Below, in pieces: positions 35,753 to 45,809 of a DNA stretch of 64,000 bases (position 1 is its first letter; every line of letters begins with the position of its first letter). The notes under the pieces were generated by a model that was not told the origin of the DNA, searched no databases, and worked only from the letters and a program-made list of their open reading frames with translations. Both the position numbers and the translations under genes were made by a program. Origin of the DNA: a virus (lineage: Duplodnaviria; Caudoviricetes). Location of the stretch: IMG/VR virus record IMGVR_UViG_2595698668_000001, positions 64,001-128,000 of that record; one strand, 5' to 3'.

Positions 35753-36862
35753 TTAACCAAACAACTGGTCAACTTCATCAAACACTTCCTGAGATACTTC
35801 AACTGCTTTCAGTTTATAAGCGTCGGATACCGCATCCATAAAAGGCTTGTGAGAAAACATAGGTTTCCAGAATTCCAGAGAGTTGGAATCCTCTTCTGTC
35901 CATTTCTTTTCATCATCGGTGATCAGATACATCTCGCCGGTTTCAAGGTCGAGATAATTTCGCTGATAACGTGCGTTTTGTGGTTTGGTAACAAAACCAA
36001 GTTCTTGTGCAATCTTTAGCAAACCAGAGTATGTATTAATACCACCTTGGAAGGAAACTTGCAAGTCTAATTTGGATTTTTCTTTGATAGTGCGGCTCTT
36101 TTCCGCATTCATCACAAAGTTATAACCCAACAGCTCTTTACCATCTTTATCCTGTTGCTTACCAAGAATGATAACGGTGTCAGCGGAATACATCGGACCA
36201 GTACCACCAGACATAACAGTTTTGCTGTACATCTCTTGGGTTTCGTATGTGTGGTTTACAGCAATACACGGAATGTCGTTGACAGTCAGGTAAGGAGTAA
36301 CCATACGGAACAGACTCTTAATCTGCTTTGCACGGGTCATATCCTGTGCAGACTTTTCATTCTTCGCATCTTCTAGTTCTTTCTTAGAAGCAACGTTACC
36401 AATAGAGTCAATATAGATAATAACCTTATCACCACGTTTGACTGCTTCCAGTTTCTTAACGATGTCGAATTTAAGTTCTTCTACGTCAATAAACGGACAA
36501 TGTACAACCCGTTCAATATCCACACCTTGAGAAGTAAAATAATCAGGAGTAGAACCAAATTCGTTATCAAAGAAAAGACAAACTGCATCTGGATACTTAC
36601 GAAGATAAGCAGAAACCAGAACCAAACTCAAGTTAGATTTGAAGTGTTTAGATGGACCGGCAATACAAGTCAGACCCGGCTTCAAACCACCATCAAGATG
36701 ACCACTCAACATCAGGTTAATGATCGGGACACGAGTCCGGATTACATCCTTGTCGTTAAAGAAAACGCTATCGGATAGCATAGAACTCATTTTATTTGAG
36801 GAAGTACCAGACAGACGTTCCAGAAGGGCACCAGTATTAACCGTTTTTGCTTTTTTAGCCAT
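35753..36862 (-). CDS. uvsX: RecA-like recombinase
   Basis: AGPSKHFKS, DNEFG, IDSIGN, DMTRAK, SGGTG..YSAD. Confidence 0.97.
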   Translation of the reverse strand: MAKKAKTVNTGALLERLSGTSSNKMSSMLSDSVFFNDKDVIRTRVPIINLMLSGHLDGGLKPGLTCIAGPSKHFKSNLSLVLVSAYLRKYPDAVCLFFDNEFGSTPDYFTSQGVDIERVVHCPFIDVEELKFDIVKKLEAVKRGDKVIIYIDSIGNVASKKELEDAKNEKSAQDMTRAKQIKSLFRMVTPYLTVNDIPCIAVNHTYETQEMYSKTVMSGGTGPMYSADTVIILGKQQDKDGKELLGYNFVMNAEKSRTIKEKSKLDLQVSFQGGINTYSGLLKIAQELGFVTKPQNARYQRNYLDLETGEMYLITDDEKKWTEEDSNSLEFWKPMFSHKPFMDAVSDAYKLKAVEVSQEVFDEVDQLFG

Positions 36863-36894
36863 TTTAAATATTCCTATAATTTTTGATATATGAT

Positions 36895-37299
36895 TTATTT
36901 GAATTCGCGTTCTAGTTCTTTTCTAATTCTTTTATAAAGACTAAGTTTATCTTCCTTATCAGTTACAGCCATGTCTTCGGGGGTAATATTGTTTCTGGCA
37001 AGCCCAGTCGATTTAACTATCAAAGATTCCCTGAAATGTTCAAAGGAAACGTCTGTATTTTTCCCCCATTTCCGACGAAGGAAGAATACCAGTTTGATAG
37101 CATCAGAATATTCGTTAAGATAAACACATTCAAGTCTCAGGTCGTTATCCATTCCAACTTCTTCTAAAAGTGAAGAAATTATTTCGCCAATATTATTGGG
37201 ATATGGATCCAGATTATCTAGGTCATCTCTTTCGAGCATACGGCTGTGAAGTTTACTTACAACCTCATTTAAATGAGGGTGGGCGTCTTGAATTCTCAT
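36895..37299 (-). CDS. hypothetical protein
   Basis: 134 aa with its own extended -10 promoter; sits where T4 has beta-gt/42. Confidence 0.65.
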   Translation of the reverse strand: MRIQDAHPHLNEVVSKLHSRMLERDDLDNLDPYPNNIGEIISSLLEEVGMDNDLRLECVYLNEYSDAIKLVFFLRRKWGKNTDVSFEHFRESLIVKSTGLARNNITPEDMAVTDKEDKLSLYKRIRKELEREFK

Positions 37300-37367
37300 T
37301 TTACTTTCCTTTCGTTGTTTAATAGGGTGATTATATCACAAACCACCCGTGGTTTTAATTTTCCAAA

Positions 37368-38543
37368 TCAACCAAACAAGTCATCCAGAGAAAAATTCGC
37401 GGGACTTTCTTGTTTCCACCCAATAGCATCACAGATATTACCAAGTGGCTTTTGGAAGTGTTTACAATACATACCAACGAAATCAATATCTTTTTCCGGA
37501 TTAATTCCGAATTCGTCTGGGATCTTATCACCGGAAGGCCAAGCAATAGTTTCGATATGATATTTATTCGGAACCTTCAACATTGCATACTGAATTTTTT
37601 CACCGGAACGGATTGGGTCAACGTAGGATACCGATTTCAACTGATCACAAATCTTGTTGTAGTTAATAGCTGCTTTAACGTGACCGGGACAACCAGATTT
37701 ATGATTGAAAAATTCGTCTGAGTTCTTTTCAATATTATTTGCGCTACTTACTTGTGCAATCTTACGATAATCCTGTTTTGGATATTCACCCTTTACCTTG
37801 TCAACGTGAGCATGGAGATTTGTTTCATTCTCAGTCAAAATGATGTCAATCGCTTTTTCAAGACATTCTGACGCAAAAGGTGGTGTACTGCTGCGGCGTG
37901 TTTCGATACCCATAATCTTGAGCTTTGGAACTACGTTACCATGAGAGTCTAGCTTTCTCTTACCTTCGTTATCCCACACAGAAAGAGCATATCGTTTCTT
38001 AGCGGTCCAGAACCCACGAGTTGCGATTACTTCACGGTCCATGAACAATTTATGATCGAAATAGTTCATGTAATCTTTCAGTTCGCGATAACATTCATCG
38101 ATATATGGCTCAATCATATTCTTTGCAAACTTATCAAGCATATCAACCCATTTAATAGGTTCGACATCCTCAATCTTAACACCTTTCTTGTCTGCCATCA
38201 TTTTAACGAAGTTTTCAACACAAACATATTGGGAGTCAGTATCACAATAGATAACGTAGTCTACGTCTTCTGTATTACACAGCTTATTGAAATATTCATT
38301 CGTTTTTCTGGCAATCCATTTAATGGATAGCTGACCACCCATCGTAATTGATTCTGCCATTCTTAGATCATAATAGCGACCCACTGGATGACCCAAAGAC
38401 CCATAAAGAGAGTTGATCAATACCTTTTTTGCTTGTTGGGTTACGTTACATACTTTCTCATATTTCCGACAGTCAGAGATGAGCTTTTTCAGCTCATCGT
38501 CTGTCATATTTTCCAATTGTTCATCGGTATAATCTAGATTCAT
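37368..38543 (-). CDS. 43B: DNA polymerase B, C-terminal subunit (gp43B)
   Basis: KVLINSLYG, YCDTDS, KKRYAL, KIMGIETRRSSTP, clamp-binding tail SLDDLFG. Confidence 0.96.
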   Translation of the reverse strand: MNLDYTDEQLENMTDDELKKLISDCRKYEKVCNVTQQAKKVLINSLYGSLGHPVGRYYDLRMAESITMGGQLSIKWIARKTNEYFNKLCNTEDVDYVIYCDTDSQYVCVENFVKMMADKKGVKIEDVEPIKWVDMLDKFAKNMIEPYIDECYRELKDYMNYFDHKLFMDREVIATRGFWTAKKRYALSVWDNEGKRKLDSHGNVVPKLKIMGIETRRSSTPPFASECLEKAIDIILTENETNLHAHVDKVKGEYPKQDYRKIAQVSSANNIEKNSDEFFNHKSGCPGHVKAAINYNKICDQLKSVSYVDPIRSGEKIQYAMLKVPNKYHIETIAWPSGDKIPDEFGINPEKDIDFVGMYCKHFQKPLGNICDAIGWKQESPANFSLDDLFG

Positions 38544-40063
38544 TTATCATTCCTCTTTGCCAAGATTGCAGCAGCTCTAGTTGCAAGGGCATCAGCTTTA
38601 AACTCTTCGGTCTTGGCTTGTTTCCGTTGGACAAACACCTTCTCAACTTCAATAGGAAGGAAACCGCGTTTGTCATTTCGATAACGAACACCATTTGGGG
38701 CGACGGAATATTTACCTTCATGAGGAACATCAAACGTCTTGTTAACCAAACCCATACCTTCAATATCCGGAACCATGCGGTCTTTAACCAAGATACGAGG
38801 GAAGTCAATCTGATCAACCAAAGTCTCGGGAGAAATATTCTTACCCATGATTTCGTGTGGATAAAGCGAAGTCAAGTCAAACGACAGAAGCCATTCATAC
38901 AATCCCGGAATCGGATCCTTAACATACGCACCCGCAAACTTAGACCGTTGAGCGTGTTTGTTTTCTGGAATAATCACGTTGTTGGCAAGGAGACTGTTAT
39001 AAATGATAGCATCCCAAGTTTTCAACGGACTGAATACGTCTGGTGCGTTGATACTCGCATAATAGGACACAGACGCAATCAGGAATATCAAACTCAAGGT
39101 TTCTTCCAGTCGTTTGATAATTTCAACGTCTCGAATAGAGTAATCGATATAAGTTTGTGGATCCTTTTCAGCAAACATCAAGTAAGTTTTATAAGTCATT
39201 TCGACTTTATTTGTTTTCAGTTCTGCTTCCGCAATCGTATCTAGTTTATAGTTTGGTCGAGTGGTAAAAGTAAACTTCTTATATGCTGCCATGAAGTCAA
39301 CACAGTTTACACCTTGGATAGTGTAGGTGGTGTAATCTTCATCGTTGTCATCCTTTTGGGTGATCTCTGTAGTCTCACCAAATGGACTCAGCTTATGGAT
39401 AAATTTTTCACCAAGGACTTTTTTAATACGACCCATGATATAGGGAATATCAAAAAACTCACTATTCCACCCACTAAGATAATGTGGTGTATTCGTACAG
39501 AAAAAGTGCATGAACTTAATCAGGATTTCTTTTTCAGAACCACACAAAACATATTCCACATCATCGAGAACTTTTTTATCTAGAATAGATTTACATGCAT
39601 CCCATTCACGGATAGTCCAGATATAATATTTTTTTGATTTGGTACTATAGATCTGAATGGTATCTATTTCATACTTAGTTTCTTCTGCTTGTGGGAAAGG
39701 TCCATCAGTTGGGACTTCGATATCCAAAAACATAATATCAAGATATGTATAGTCATAATACACATTAGAACCGTAAGTATCAGAGATATATTGGAATGTG
39801 TAATTATCCATACCCAATACGTCTTTTCCCATAGACTGCATGTCTTTAAACCATTTCCTAGCTTCACCAACAGAATCTAGTTTCTTGGGCAAACAACGCT
39901 TACCGAAAATATCCCGATACGGAGTCTCAATATGATCACCAACATGACGATACATAGTTGGTTCATATCTAACCTTTCGGATCTTATCATTACCGTTATC
40001 ATCGAAATACCGGTCATAAATGGTATTTCCATCTAGCCAAACACTTGTATAAAAATTCATCAC
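38540..40063 (-). CDS. 43A: DNA polymerase B, N-terminal exonuclease/palm subunit (gp43A)
   Basis: LDIEV, GWNSEFFDIPY, YSIRDV, SFDLTSLYP. Confidence 0.96.
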   Translation of the reverse strand: MMNFYTSVWLDGNTIYDRYFDDNGNDKIRKVRYEPTMYRHVGDHIETPYRDIFGKRCLPKKLDSVGEARKWFKDMQSMGKDVLGMDNYTFQYISDTYGSNVYYDYTYLDIMFLDIEVPTDGPFPQAEETKYEIDTIQIYSTKSKKYYIWTIREWDACKSILDKKVLDDVEYVLCGSEKEILIKFMHFFCTNTPHYLSGWNSEFFDIPYIMGRIKKVLGEKFIHKLSPFGETTEITQKDDNDEDYTTYTIQGVNCVDFMAAYKKFTFTTRPNYKLDTIAEAELKTNKVEMTYKTYLMFAEKDPQTYIDYSIRDVEIIKRLEETLSLIFLIASVSYYASINAPDVFSPLKTWDAIIYNSLLANNVIIPENKHAQRSKFAGAYVKDPIPGLYEWLLSFDLTSLYPHEIMGKNISPETLVDQIDFPRILVKDRMVPDIEGMGLVNKTFDVPHEGKYSVAPNGVRYRNDKRGFLPIEVEKVFVQRKQAKTEEFKADALATRAAAILAKRNDK

Positions 40064-40111
40064 ATAATCCTCTTATAGATACGGGGATCTTATCAGATCC
40101 CCATAGATGGT

Positions 40112-40474
40112 TTAACTTTTCTTGAAAATATACTTACTTTTTAAAGTCCAATCTGGTTTATCTTTATGTTGGATAATGTGGAATTCATAAACTTTGGGTG
40201 GGTTGATTAGGTCTATGATAGAGCACAAACCCCAATCTTCTAAAAGAGATGTAATGTCGTCTCGACGGTCGATGTCCTCTTGGGAGATCACAACATCAAG
40301 TCCATCCCGACGTAATAGCTCTTTGAAGTGAGCAATATAATAGAAACCATGTTTTCTAACAATGTGACAACTTTGCCACAACTTTTTTTGTTCTCGGTTT
40401 GCAATACCGATACGGGTTAGGGTTTCTTGAATTGAAAGGAAGTCTGTTGCTTCCTGAATACCGATACGAATCAT
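40112..40474 (-). CDS. regA: translational repressor
   Basis: DFL.IQETLTRIGIAN...LWQSCHI...YYIAHFKELL. Confidence 0.95.
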   Translation of the reverse strand: MIRIGIQEATDFLSIQETLTRIGIANREQKKLWQSCHIVRKHGFYYIAHFKELLRRDGLDVVISQEDIDRRDDITSLLEDWGLCSIIDLINPPKVYEFHIIQHKDKPDWTLKSKYIFKKS

Positions 40475-40478
40475 ATTT

Positions 40479-41057
40479 TTACCATTTCTTGACCACACCA
40501 TATAGGCGGGTTCTTTCTGTTTTATTTGGTGCAAACTTCAAAAAATCACAATCCGGGGAAGTAACAATACCCTTGTAAAGCTTCTTAATCGCTCTCAGTT
40601 GCGTTTCATCATGAAGTTCGATGAAATCCTTAGCCTTGGAATCGGATACGCTGTAGTGTCGGGCCAATAGCTTTATGATAAGGATATAATCCCAATCGTT
40701 ACTAGCTTTAGCAGCCTTCATAAAAGGTAACTGACATTTAACCACGGTATGATACAAATAATCATAATGCATTTGATCCGTGATGCAACCAGCCCACTGG
40801 TTAAGCTCGGAAGCATAACCAACCATATGTGCGTGTTGGGATATCATCATGTTTATCATGAACTGGTCGTAATCTGCAAATTCCCTGACATTTTTGTAAC
40901 CCGTTTTCTGGGTTACATTTTTAATTATCTCGAATAAGCTTTTGTCTTTATCAACCTTAAACTCGTTACAGAGTTCCTTGACTTTATCCCAATCCTTATT
41001 ATCCCATGCTAAACGGTGTTCATTTGGGGTTTCTAGCCCAAGGAAGTCTAAACTCAT
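40479..41057 (-). CDS. 62: clamp loader small subunit
   Basis: NEH..AW...DWD.V..L; YDQFMIN...ITDQMHYDY; synteny. Confidence 0.92.
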   Translation of the reverse strand: MSLDFLGLETPNEHRLAWDNKDWDKVKELCNEFKVDKDKSLFEIIKNVTQKTGYKNVREFADYDQFMINMMISQHAHMVGYASELNQWAGCITDQMHYDYLYHTVVKCQLPFMKAAKASNDWDYILIIKLLARHYSVSDSKAKDFIELHDETQLRAIKKLYKGIVTSPDCDFLKFAPNKTERTRLYGVVKKW

Positions 41058-42034
41058 TTCCAGTTAACCTCACATGCCATATCAGACAACATATCCATAA
41101 GATGAATTTCCATATTTGGTACTGTACTTGCAAATTTCTGGAATTCGGCAAGGATCTTAATCATCATACGATAAGATTGCCCGGTAACTTGGGTAGTTGC
41201 CCGCTCATAAAATGCGTTTACAAAGTTCACGTAGTCGCTAGAGAAGTTAGGAACCAGTTGACGGATTTCTTGAACTTTCTTGGCTTTAATAAGCTCGAAA
41301 AGTTTTTCCATTTCCTTTGTAGAACGATTTACGGAAGTCAGTACACCTTCGTCAATATAACCACATGCTGCATATTTGTTCATCTCTGTAATAGTGGTTC
41401 GGAAGTTTGGGAAATTCTTTTTAACCAAAGCAGCAATAGAATTTTTATCCCGAATTTCGATTCCCTCTTCTTTACAGATTGCAAAGCAGCGAACAATCAT
41501 TTCTTTCATCATACGAAGTTCGTCAGCTTTGACCAATTCTTCTGATTCTTCAACTACTTTACCAAATTCAAAAATACGGAACCGGCTACGAAGAGGATCA
41601 ATAATCTTTTCGATATTGTTACAAGTCATAATAATGGTACAGTTACCACCATATGCTTCCATCCAACTACGAAGTTCTTTCTGTACGGCTGACATATCAT
41701 CGTTATCACCTTCGTCGATGATGATAATTTTGCCACCTTTCTTACGGGTGCTGGTGCTGGCGAAGTCGGTTAGAGTAGTTCGAAGGTCATTAATCCGAAG
41801 ATTACCACCCGAAATAAACATCACATCAGCATCAACGTCATTAGCAAGTGCGAGCGCCGTAGTTGTTTTACCAGTACCGGGAGACTTAGAACAAAGGAGA
41901 AGGTGGGGGATCCGTCCAAGTTTAATCAGACCGTTAAAACGCTCAATATCGTGACGGGGTAAAATACATTCGGAGATGGATTGTGGGCGAAATTTCATTT
42001 CCATCATATGGTGGGTATTATCAACTGACAACAT
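41054..42034 (-). CDS. 44: clamp loader AAA+ subunit
   Basis: RPQSISECILP, SPGTGKTT, IIIDE, PLRSR. Confidence 0.96.
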   Translation of the reverse strand: MLSVDNTHHMMEMKFRPQSISECILPRHDIERFNGLIKLGRIPHLLLCSKSPGTGKTTTALALANDVDADVMFISGGNLRINDLRTTLTDFASTSTRKKGGKIIIIDEGDNDDMSAVQKELRSWMEAYGGNCTIIMTCNNIEKIIDPLRSRFRIFEFGKVVEESEELVKADELRMMKEMIVRCFAICKEEGIEIRDKNSIAALVKKNFPNFRTTITEMNKYAACGYIDEGVLTSVNRSTKEMEKLFELIKAKKVQEIRQLVPNFSSDYVNFVNAFYERATTQVTGQSYRMMIKILAEFQKFASTVPNMEIHLMDMLSDMACEVNWK

Positions 42035-42046
42035 ATCTTATATTCC

Positions 42047-42319
42047 TCAATCAAATAGATGTTTATATTTATTTTCTAGTGGATCTTCGAAGTCCACATA
42101 TCCAGACCATGTATTGTTTATATATAAACAATACTCAACGACTGGTGCACAATATGTAATCTTAACGTTAGACTCATGCAATCCATAATTGTTTGCTATT
42201 AAAAGTCTAGTTTTGTTTATCTGTGCTCTCGTTTCTGGTCCTTGATGATCCCAATGGTAATCATCACAATCCCCACTATCCTCATAGTGGGAATCAATCT
42301 CTTCTAATGTCAATTTCAT
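42047..42319 (-). CDS. hypothetical protein between 45 and 44
   Basis: 90 aa ORF. Confidence 0.6.
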   Translation of the reverse strand: MKLTLEEIDSHYEDSGDCDDYHWDHQGPETRAQINKTRLLIANNYGLHESNVKITYCAPVVEYCLYINNTWSGYVDFEDPLENKYKHLFD

Positions 42320-42320
42320 A

Positions 42321-43013
42321 TTAAGACAAAGTAGATGCTTTGTTCATGGAAATTACATAAGTCACTTGCGGACACTTAAACTGTGCGGCACCACGGATAC
42401 ATTTTACTGATGTGTCGCCGGTAAGATAAGAAAGATGTTTCATATCAAAACGAAGGTCAAAATCACCAGCATATTCAGTTTCACCGATAACCACATCGAA
42501 CTGGTTACTTTCCTGTTCGGACACACCACCAGATTTATCGACATAAAACAGGCGAGCTACGATTTTACCATCTTCTTTGATGAACTTCAACATATTCAGT
42601 TTCAGAGTATTACCCATTGCTTGAAGACGGGAAATATCATCAGCTTTCAGATCAAACTCAATTTGAGCCGCTGGGAATACAATAGGCTTTTTCGGGTAAA
42701 CAATCAGACTTTCTTGACTCATAATCAGAGTTGCTTTAGCCCCGGATTCGTGTTTGAGATTCAGTTTCAGATCATCATCTTTGTTATCGACGGTCATTTC
42801 CATTTCACCCTTGAAGTTATTAATAACACCAAGGAGTTGATCCATCGCATAGAGACAGATTTTGTGTTCGAATGTATCTTCTACGGTTGCTTCTGCGTAG
42901 ATATTACCATCGGCGGTACGGGTGTTGATATAATTACCCGGTTGGATCAGGATAGATGGGTTGATAGAAGAAAACAATTTCAGAATTTCGATAGTGGACT
43001 TATTAATTTTCAT
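42321..43013 (-). CDS. 45: sliding clamp
   Basis: STIEILKLFSSINPSI...YAEA...IVYPKKPIVFP. Confidence 0.93.
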   Translation of the reverse strand: MKINKSTIEILKLFSSINPSILIQPGNYINTRTADGNIYAEATVEDTFEHKICLYAMDQLLGVINNFKGEMEMTVDNKDDDLKLNLKHESGAKATLIMSQESLIVYPKKPIVFPAAQIEFDLKADDISRLQAMGNTLKLNMLKFIKEDGKIVARLFYVDKSGGVSEQESNQFDVVIGETEYAGDFDLRFDMKHLSYLTGDTSVKCIRGAAQFKCPQVTYVISMNKASTLS

Positions 43014-43036
43014 TGAGACATTACCTTTTAATCAGA

Positions 43037-43225
43037 TTAGTATTTTTTGAAGGCATCCCAAAATTTATGGGAGCCGTTTATAATTTTAGTTAGTTCTTCT
43101 GGTGAGAACCGTTCTTCTAGATCCTGCATTGTAACAACAAGCTCTATAGGGTCATCCATGACCTTATTAGTAAGAACCCAGAAGTCCTTATATTCTGGGT
43201 ACATTTCGTGAAGATTGTAAAACAT
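43037..43225 (-). CDS. 45.2: gp45.2-like protein
   Basis: Size and position between 46 and 45. Confidence 0.55.
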   Translation of the reverse strand: MFYNLHEMYPEYKDFWVLTNKVMDDPIELVVTMQDLEERFSPEELTKIINGSHKFWDAFKKY

Positions 43226-45555
43226 TATTCTCTTTCCATTACGGTGAAACGACCTTTCTTTGTCATTTTCATATGTGAGGTAAAGCTATCATCACGGTTT
43301 TCTACTCGGTGGGAAATAATAAAGGTATTTCCTCCAATCTCATTGAGAAGACGGTTAACCGCGTATACACCTTCCGAGTCCATACCACCATCAAAGATTT
43401 CATCAAGAATCAACATGGAAATATTTGTTCCAGAAACCAACGACGCGATATATCTCCAAGTAAACAGAAGCGCGATATTGATACGGGCTTTTTCACCTTG
43501 CGAGAATGACATATAAGTAAACTCATCACGACCACGAGATTTGATAGTTTCCTCGAAAGATTCATTCAGAGAGAAAACATAATCAGCACCGGTAATACCA
43601 AGGTACTCGTTGATCTTTGAGTTAAACAGTGGGATATATTTCTTAACGATGTCACCCTTGATGGCATCATCCTTGAGCATGTCCTTAAGTATACCACAAC
43701 TAAACTTCTGATTGAAAAGTTCTTCGTTCTCTTTTGCCTTTTCAGATAGAATAGACTGAACTTCCGCCATTCTCGGAGATTCGAAAACCTTAGATTTGAG
43801 ATTGTCAATGTTATCCTTGATGAATTTAGCCATTTCGGTATTTTCAACAATAGATTTTTCTGTTGCGGCGATGGTAGATTCAATTACCGCACGTTGACGA
43901 GCAATATCCTCAACTTTCCGGTTATGTTCAGCCGTCAGATCAGTAATCTTACGGTCTTTATCGATATCAATCCGATCAAGTTGGGATTGTGTAGTACTCA
44001 GTTTGGTTTTGAGATCGATCATCTCATTTGATTTCTGAGTTTCCAAAGAAGAGATCTTTCGTTTTGTCTCACCGGAAATAGTCTCAAGACGAGTTTTTAG
44101 AACACCAATCTTTTCGCGAACACCACTATTGTGTTCTGATACCTTGCGCTGTTCCTTCAAAACCTCGTCAGAAATCGATTGGTTGAATTCCTTCTCTTCA
44201 TTAGACCACTTGGTTAAGGAAGCCGTATACTCTTCTTCTGACGCACGTACAGCCGCTTTATCCGCATCAATCAATACAGTAATCTCAGAGATTTCAGACT
44301 CTACCTTTTCTTTTTCAGATTTGGCAGATTCCAGCTCATCACGGATCTCGTCAACGTGACTATGACCATCAGAAACATCAGTACCACAAGTAGGACAAAC
44401 TCCATCAGCGAAGTTTTCAAGCGCCTTTGTTTTCTCTTTGATAATGAAATCAAGTTCGAACAAACGACTGGTCTTGACTGTTTTACGATCCCCCAGACTA
44501 ACATCAATCTTGATTCGGTTATCTTCCGGTTTTGGAACCTCAAACGATTGTGATTTCAAACCAGAGATTCGGTCGTCAAGGATCTTATCATCAATCAGAG
44601 TAGATTCCAACTCTTTGATTTCATTCAAGAAAGATGATTCATCGACAACTTCATTTTTTGCCTGTTCAATCAGTTCATCATATTTTGACTCAACACCAGA
44701 GATCTGATGTTTTGTGTTATCGATAGACAGACGGAGAACGTGACCGGAGTCAAGGTATTCCTGTTCGATACGTTTGACAATTTCATCGATATCAGACGAA
44801 TCAGGCTCAACAAGATCAACAAGGGATCCTTTCAGTTTTTCGATTTCACCTTTTGCTGAATGAATACGAGAAACCAGAGTTTTAACCTGTTCTGTTTGTT
44901 GACTAATCGCAGCTTCGTTAGACGCTTTTTGTTCTTCGATAGACTTTTCTATAGAACGATATTCATTCTCAAGACCAGTCATTTCAACTGAAACCAAATC
45001 ATAAGCTGTATTAACTTGCTTAAGCTCTACGTTGTTCAGCTTGTTCATTTGACCAAGAACAGACAATTTCAGAAGGTCTTCGACCATCGTTCTTCGTTGT
45101 TCTGGTTTCAGTTCCATAAAGGGAGTATAACCCGCAGTACCCAGAACAATCAACTGTTTAAAGCTCTCGTGGGAAACTTTTAGAATATCTTCTTCTAGGA
45201 TCCGTTGATATTCAATTGCGCTTGCTGCTTCTGGGATGGGTTCTCCATCAACAGTAACCTTAAAAATTGTGGGTTTGATACCGCGCTCGATATGAACAAC
45301 TTTACCACCGATGGTAAGCTCACCCTCGGTATGAAGGTTTTTCTTATTGATCTGGTTGATCAACTGGTCTTTCTTCAACTTACGGTATGGTTTACCGTAC
45401 ATAAGGAAAGACAGAGCTTCAATCATCGTTGATTTACCAGCACCATTAGACCCTGTAACCAAGGTCTTGGCGCTTTCATCGAGTTGTACACGAATTGGAG
45501 CCGCACCAACCGACATAATATTTTTGTAACTAATCCAATTAAACGTAATATCCAT
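43225..45555 (-). CDS. 46: recombination endonuclease subunit (Rad50/SbcC-like)
   Basis: GSNGAGKST, CPTC zinc hook, FSQGEK, LDEIFD, ISH. Confidence 0.96.
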   Translation of the reverse strand: MDITFNWISYKNIMSVGAAPIRVQLDESAKTLVTGSNGAGKSTMIEALSFLMYGKPYRKLKKDQLINQINKKNLHTEGELTIGGKVVHIERGIKPTIFKVTVDGEPIPEAASAIEYQRILEEDILKVSHESFKQLIVLGTAGYTPFMELKPEQRRTMVEDLLKLSVLGQMNKLNNVELKQVNTAYDLVSVEMTGLENEYRSIEKSIEEQKASNEAAISQQTEQVKTLVSRIHSAKGEIEKLKGSLVDLVEPDSSDIDEIVKRIEQEYLDSGHVLRLSIDNTKHQISGVESKYDELIEQAKNEVVDESSFLNEIKELESTLIDDKILDDRISGLKSQSFEVPKPEDNRIKIDVSLGDRKTVKTSRLFELDFIIKEKTKALENFADGVCPTCGTDVSDGHSHVDEIRDELESAKSEKEKVESEISEITVLIDADKAAVRASEEEYTASLTKWSNEEKEFNQSISDEVLKEQRKVSEHNSGVREKIGVLKTRLETISGETKRKISSLETQKSNEMIDLKTKLSTTQSQLDRIDIDKDRKITDLTAEHNRKVEDIARQRAVIESTIAATEKSIVENTEMAKFIKDNIDNLKSKVFESPRMAEVQSILSEKAKENEELFNQKFSCGILKDMLKDDAIKGDIVKKYIPLFNSKINEYLGITGADYVFSLNESFEETIKSRGRDEFTYMSFSQGEKARINIALLFTWRYIASLVSGTNISMLILDEIFDGGMDSEGVYAVNRLLNEIGGNTFIISHRVENRDDSFTSHMKMTKKGRFTVMERE

Positions 45556-45809
45556 TAACTCATAGCCTCAATAAGTTCATTACAAATTTGTTGGATGTTA
45601 TACCGAATCATATGATCCTCTACCATATCTTTCTCGTCATATCGTCTCACGATTTGATATAGTTCTCCATCATCACCATAATATTGAATTTGGATAATAA
45701 TAACACCATCAACTACCATTACGCTGGGTGATGTATCATACCACCCAAGCCCATCATCATCTTCGTTTGCTTCTCGGAGAAAAGTACATATTCTATATAC
45801 ATCTATCAT
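45555..45809 (-). CDS. hypothetical protein
   Basis: 84 aa coupled between 47 and 46. Confidence 0.6.
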   Translation of the reverse strand: MIDVYRICTFLREANEDDDGLGWYDTSPSVMVVDGVIIIQIQYYGDDGELYQIVRRYDEKDMVEDHMIRYNIQQICNELIEAMS

